Source of the DNA: Octopus sinensis
Taxonomy: Eukaryota
Direction of reading: 5' to 3'
DNA length: 64,000 bases
Assembly (NCBI RefSeq): GCF_006345805.1
Contig: NC_043003.1
Coordinates: forward strand, 64,480,001-64,544,000
Position 1 is the first letter of the stretch; every line of letters begins with the position of its first letter. A program made the position numbers and the translations under genes. A model generated the notes under the pieces. It worked only from the letters and a program-made list of their open reading frames with translations. It searched no databases and was not told the origin of the DNA. Below are positions 62,147-64,000 of this stretch, piece by piece.

Positions 62147-62749
62147 ATAATATTAATAACTATATAATATTAATAACTAAATAAATAATATTACGACAAT
62201 ATCAGCAAATTATGAGGTTTAAAGCGTAAGAGTTCCACTTGAGTGAAGCTAACGTCTCGATACCATTTCAAGTGGTCTTTTGTTCTTTCTTTTGGCCGAT
62301 TTACATCCTCATTTATGACAAGACACTTCCCGTTGTGCTAAAATGAATTCTCTGTAATATGTGTCAGGATGTTAATTCCAAGAAATAGTTGTCGTTGGTG
62401 GTGATCATGTCTCTACGTGGTCGCCGGAACTGCTAAAAAGAATAGCCAAATTTCCTTCAATATATCGTCTTAAACCCCGCCCCCCTCAAAAAAAATATCA
62501 GAAATACATAGGCGCATGTATGGCTGTGCAGTTAGCATGATCGCTTTGTAACCTCATGGCTTCGTGTTCGGTTCCACTGGGTGACAACTTTGGTTACAGT
62601 AAAACCTGATTAATGCTTTGTGATTGAATTTAGGTAGATGGAAACTATGTGGATACTTTAAGTTGCTGGAAACAGTTGTTAAGTCCTGGATGAATGAAGT
62701 ACGCAAAGGAAGGCAAAAAAAGTTTCAATAAGACTTACATAACCCAAAA

Positions 62750-63155
62750 GGCGGCGAGATAACAGAAACGTTAGCACGTTGGGCGAAATGCTTAGCGGTA
62801 TTTCGTCTGCCGCTACGTTCTGAGTTCAAATTCCGGCAGGGTCGACTTTACCTTTCATCCTTTTGGGGTCGATTAAATAAGTACCAGTTACGCACTGGGG
62901 TCAATATAATCGACTTAATCCGTTTGTCTGTCCTTGTTTGTCGCCTCTATGTGTAGCCCCTTGTGGGTAGTAAAGAAATAGAAATAGGTATGTTGTCTGT
63001 CTTTACGTTCTGAGTTCAAATTCCACCGAGGTCGATTTTGCCTTTTATCCTTTCGGGATCGATAAATTAAGTACCAGTTGCGTAGTCGAGTCGATCTAAT
63101 CGACTGGTTCCCTCCCTCCAAAATCTCGGGCCTTGTGCCTAGAGTAGAAAAGAAT
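62750..63155 (+). mobile_element. SINE family A dimer under one TSD
   Basis: Second unit starts at 62987; 13-bp TSD TTACATAACCCAA (62735-62747 / 63156-63168). Confidence 0.9.
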
Positions 63156-63519
63156 TTACATAACCCAAGAATGGTAGTAAGGCAAACTTTACGATTACGT
63201 AACACCAAACTTGCGACCTCCAAACTCGCCACATTTAAATCCCATGGACTACTGAGGCTGGAGCGTTGTTGAAAAGGAGACTAAACGACATCCTCTCTAT
63301 ACCATAGCTTCACTGAAAGTTCTCATTGACCAGATAATGTCTAAAATGAATAAGGACTATTTAGTGCAGGCATGTCAGCGGTTCCGGTTCCGCATAAAAA
63401 CTGAAAGCCCATAGAGAACATGTGCAAAATATTTTTTATTAAAATACATATGATGTTTATCAGATTAGAGTTATTTTATCAATTTACTAAATCCTTAAAC
63501 ACATCTCACTTCCTATATA

Positions 63520-64000
63520 CACAGACATGCAGGAAGTAAATAGACACGTTTAATTTTCAAAATCTTTTATTTAATACGTGAAGCGAACAATTGAAATGTA
63601 ATCGATAGGTAGGACTACATGCTTTAGTATTTAGTTGACATTCCCTTTGCAGTTTTTAATTCAGAAACTCTTTTTGGCATTGAACTGATTAGCTTTGTGA
63701 TTGTCTCTTGTGGAATTTCTGCCCACTTTTCACGCAACAATCAAAAGAATTCATCTTTAGATTCAGGTTTCTGTAGAGTTTTTCGTACAGCTCTATCTAG
63801 TATGCTCCCAAAATTTTCAATTGGGTTCATTTCAGGAAATTGGATCGGCCAAGGAAGCTTTTTGATCCCATTTTAAGTCAGCCATTGTTGATTCCTTTTC
63901 GCTGTGTGGTATGGAGCCCCGTCTTCCATGAATAAAAACTAATTTTTCGTTATATTACCGTGTGAATACATCGGAAGTAGTCCTTGCTTAAGTATTTCGA
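63520..64000 (-). mobile_element. Tc1-like (DD34E) transposon 3' end, continues beyond the window
   Basis: FMEDGAPYHTAK..WPIQFPEMNPIENF..WAEIPQETITKLISSMPKRV..KGMSTKY* (stop 63624-63626), 34 residues between D and E; TA|CACAGACATGCAGGAAGTAAATAGACAC TIR-like end. Confidence 0.85.

Overview
AT-rich eukaryotic DNA, very rich in microsatellites and transposons, with no supportable host protein-coding exon, rRNA, genuine tRNA or CRISPR array. The SINE families and repeat landscape point to a cephalopod (Octopus-like) intronic or intergenic region; this is inference. Most ORFs in the track are translations of (CA)n, (TA)n, (GA)n, (TAA)n or (CAC)n tracts or of SINEs. Real coding relics all belong to transposons. 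They are a young 5'-truncated R4/Dong-clade LINE (RT, CCHC, restriction-like endonuclease) embedded in (TAA)n, several older Dong fossils, two RTE-clade 3' ends, a FLYWCH-MULE, a piggyBac, several mariners, a DD41D-like element nested in a mariner 5' UTR, and a Tc1 (DD34E) running off the window end. Non-coding elements include at least four tRNA-derived SINE families (some inserted as multimers under one TSD), hAT MITEs, a Helitron-type and a Helentron/HINE-type element, a triplicated 581-bp unit and several long inverted repeats. The most interesting unexplained signal is about eight type I hammerhead-ribozyme motifs in short non-coding repeats. They include one canonical intact copy (37125-37184), one intact minimal copy (54837-54873) and a two-copy family with the compensatory U3:A8 core (30835-30876, 45025-45072). 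This suggests several families of non-autonomous Penelope-like or retrozyme-like mini-elements. All family assignments come from motif recognition by eye, not from database searches.
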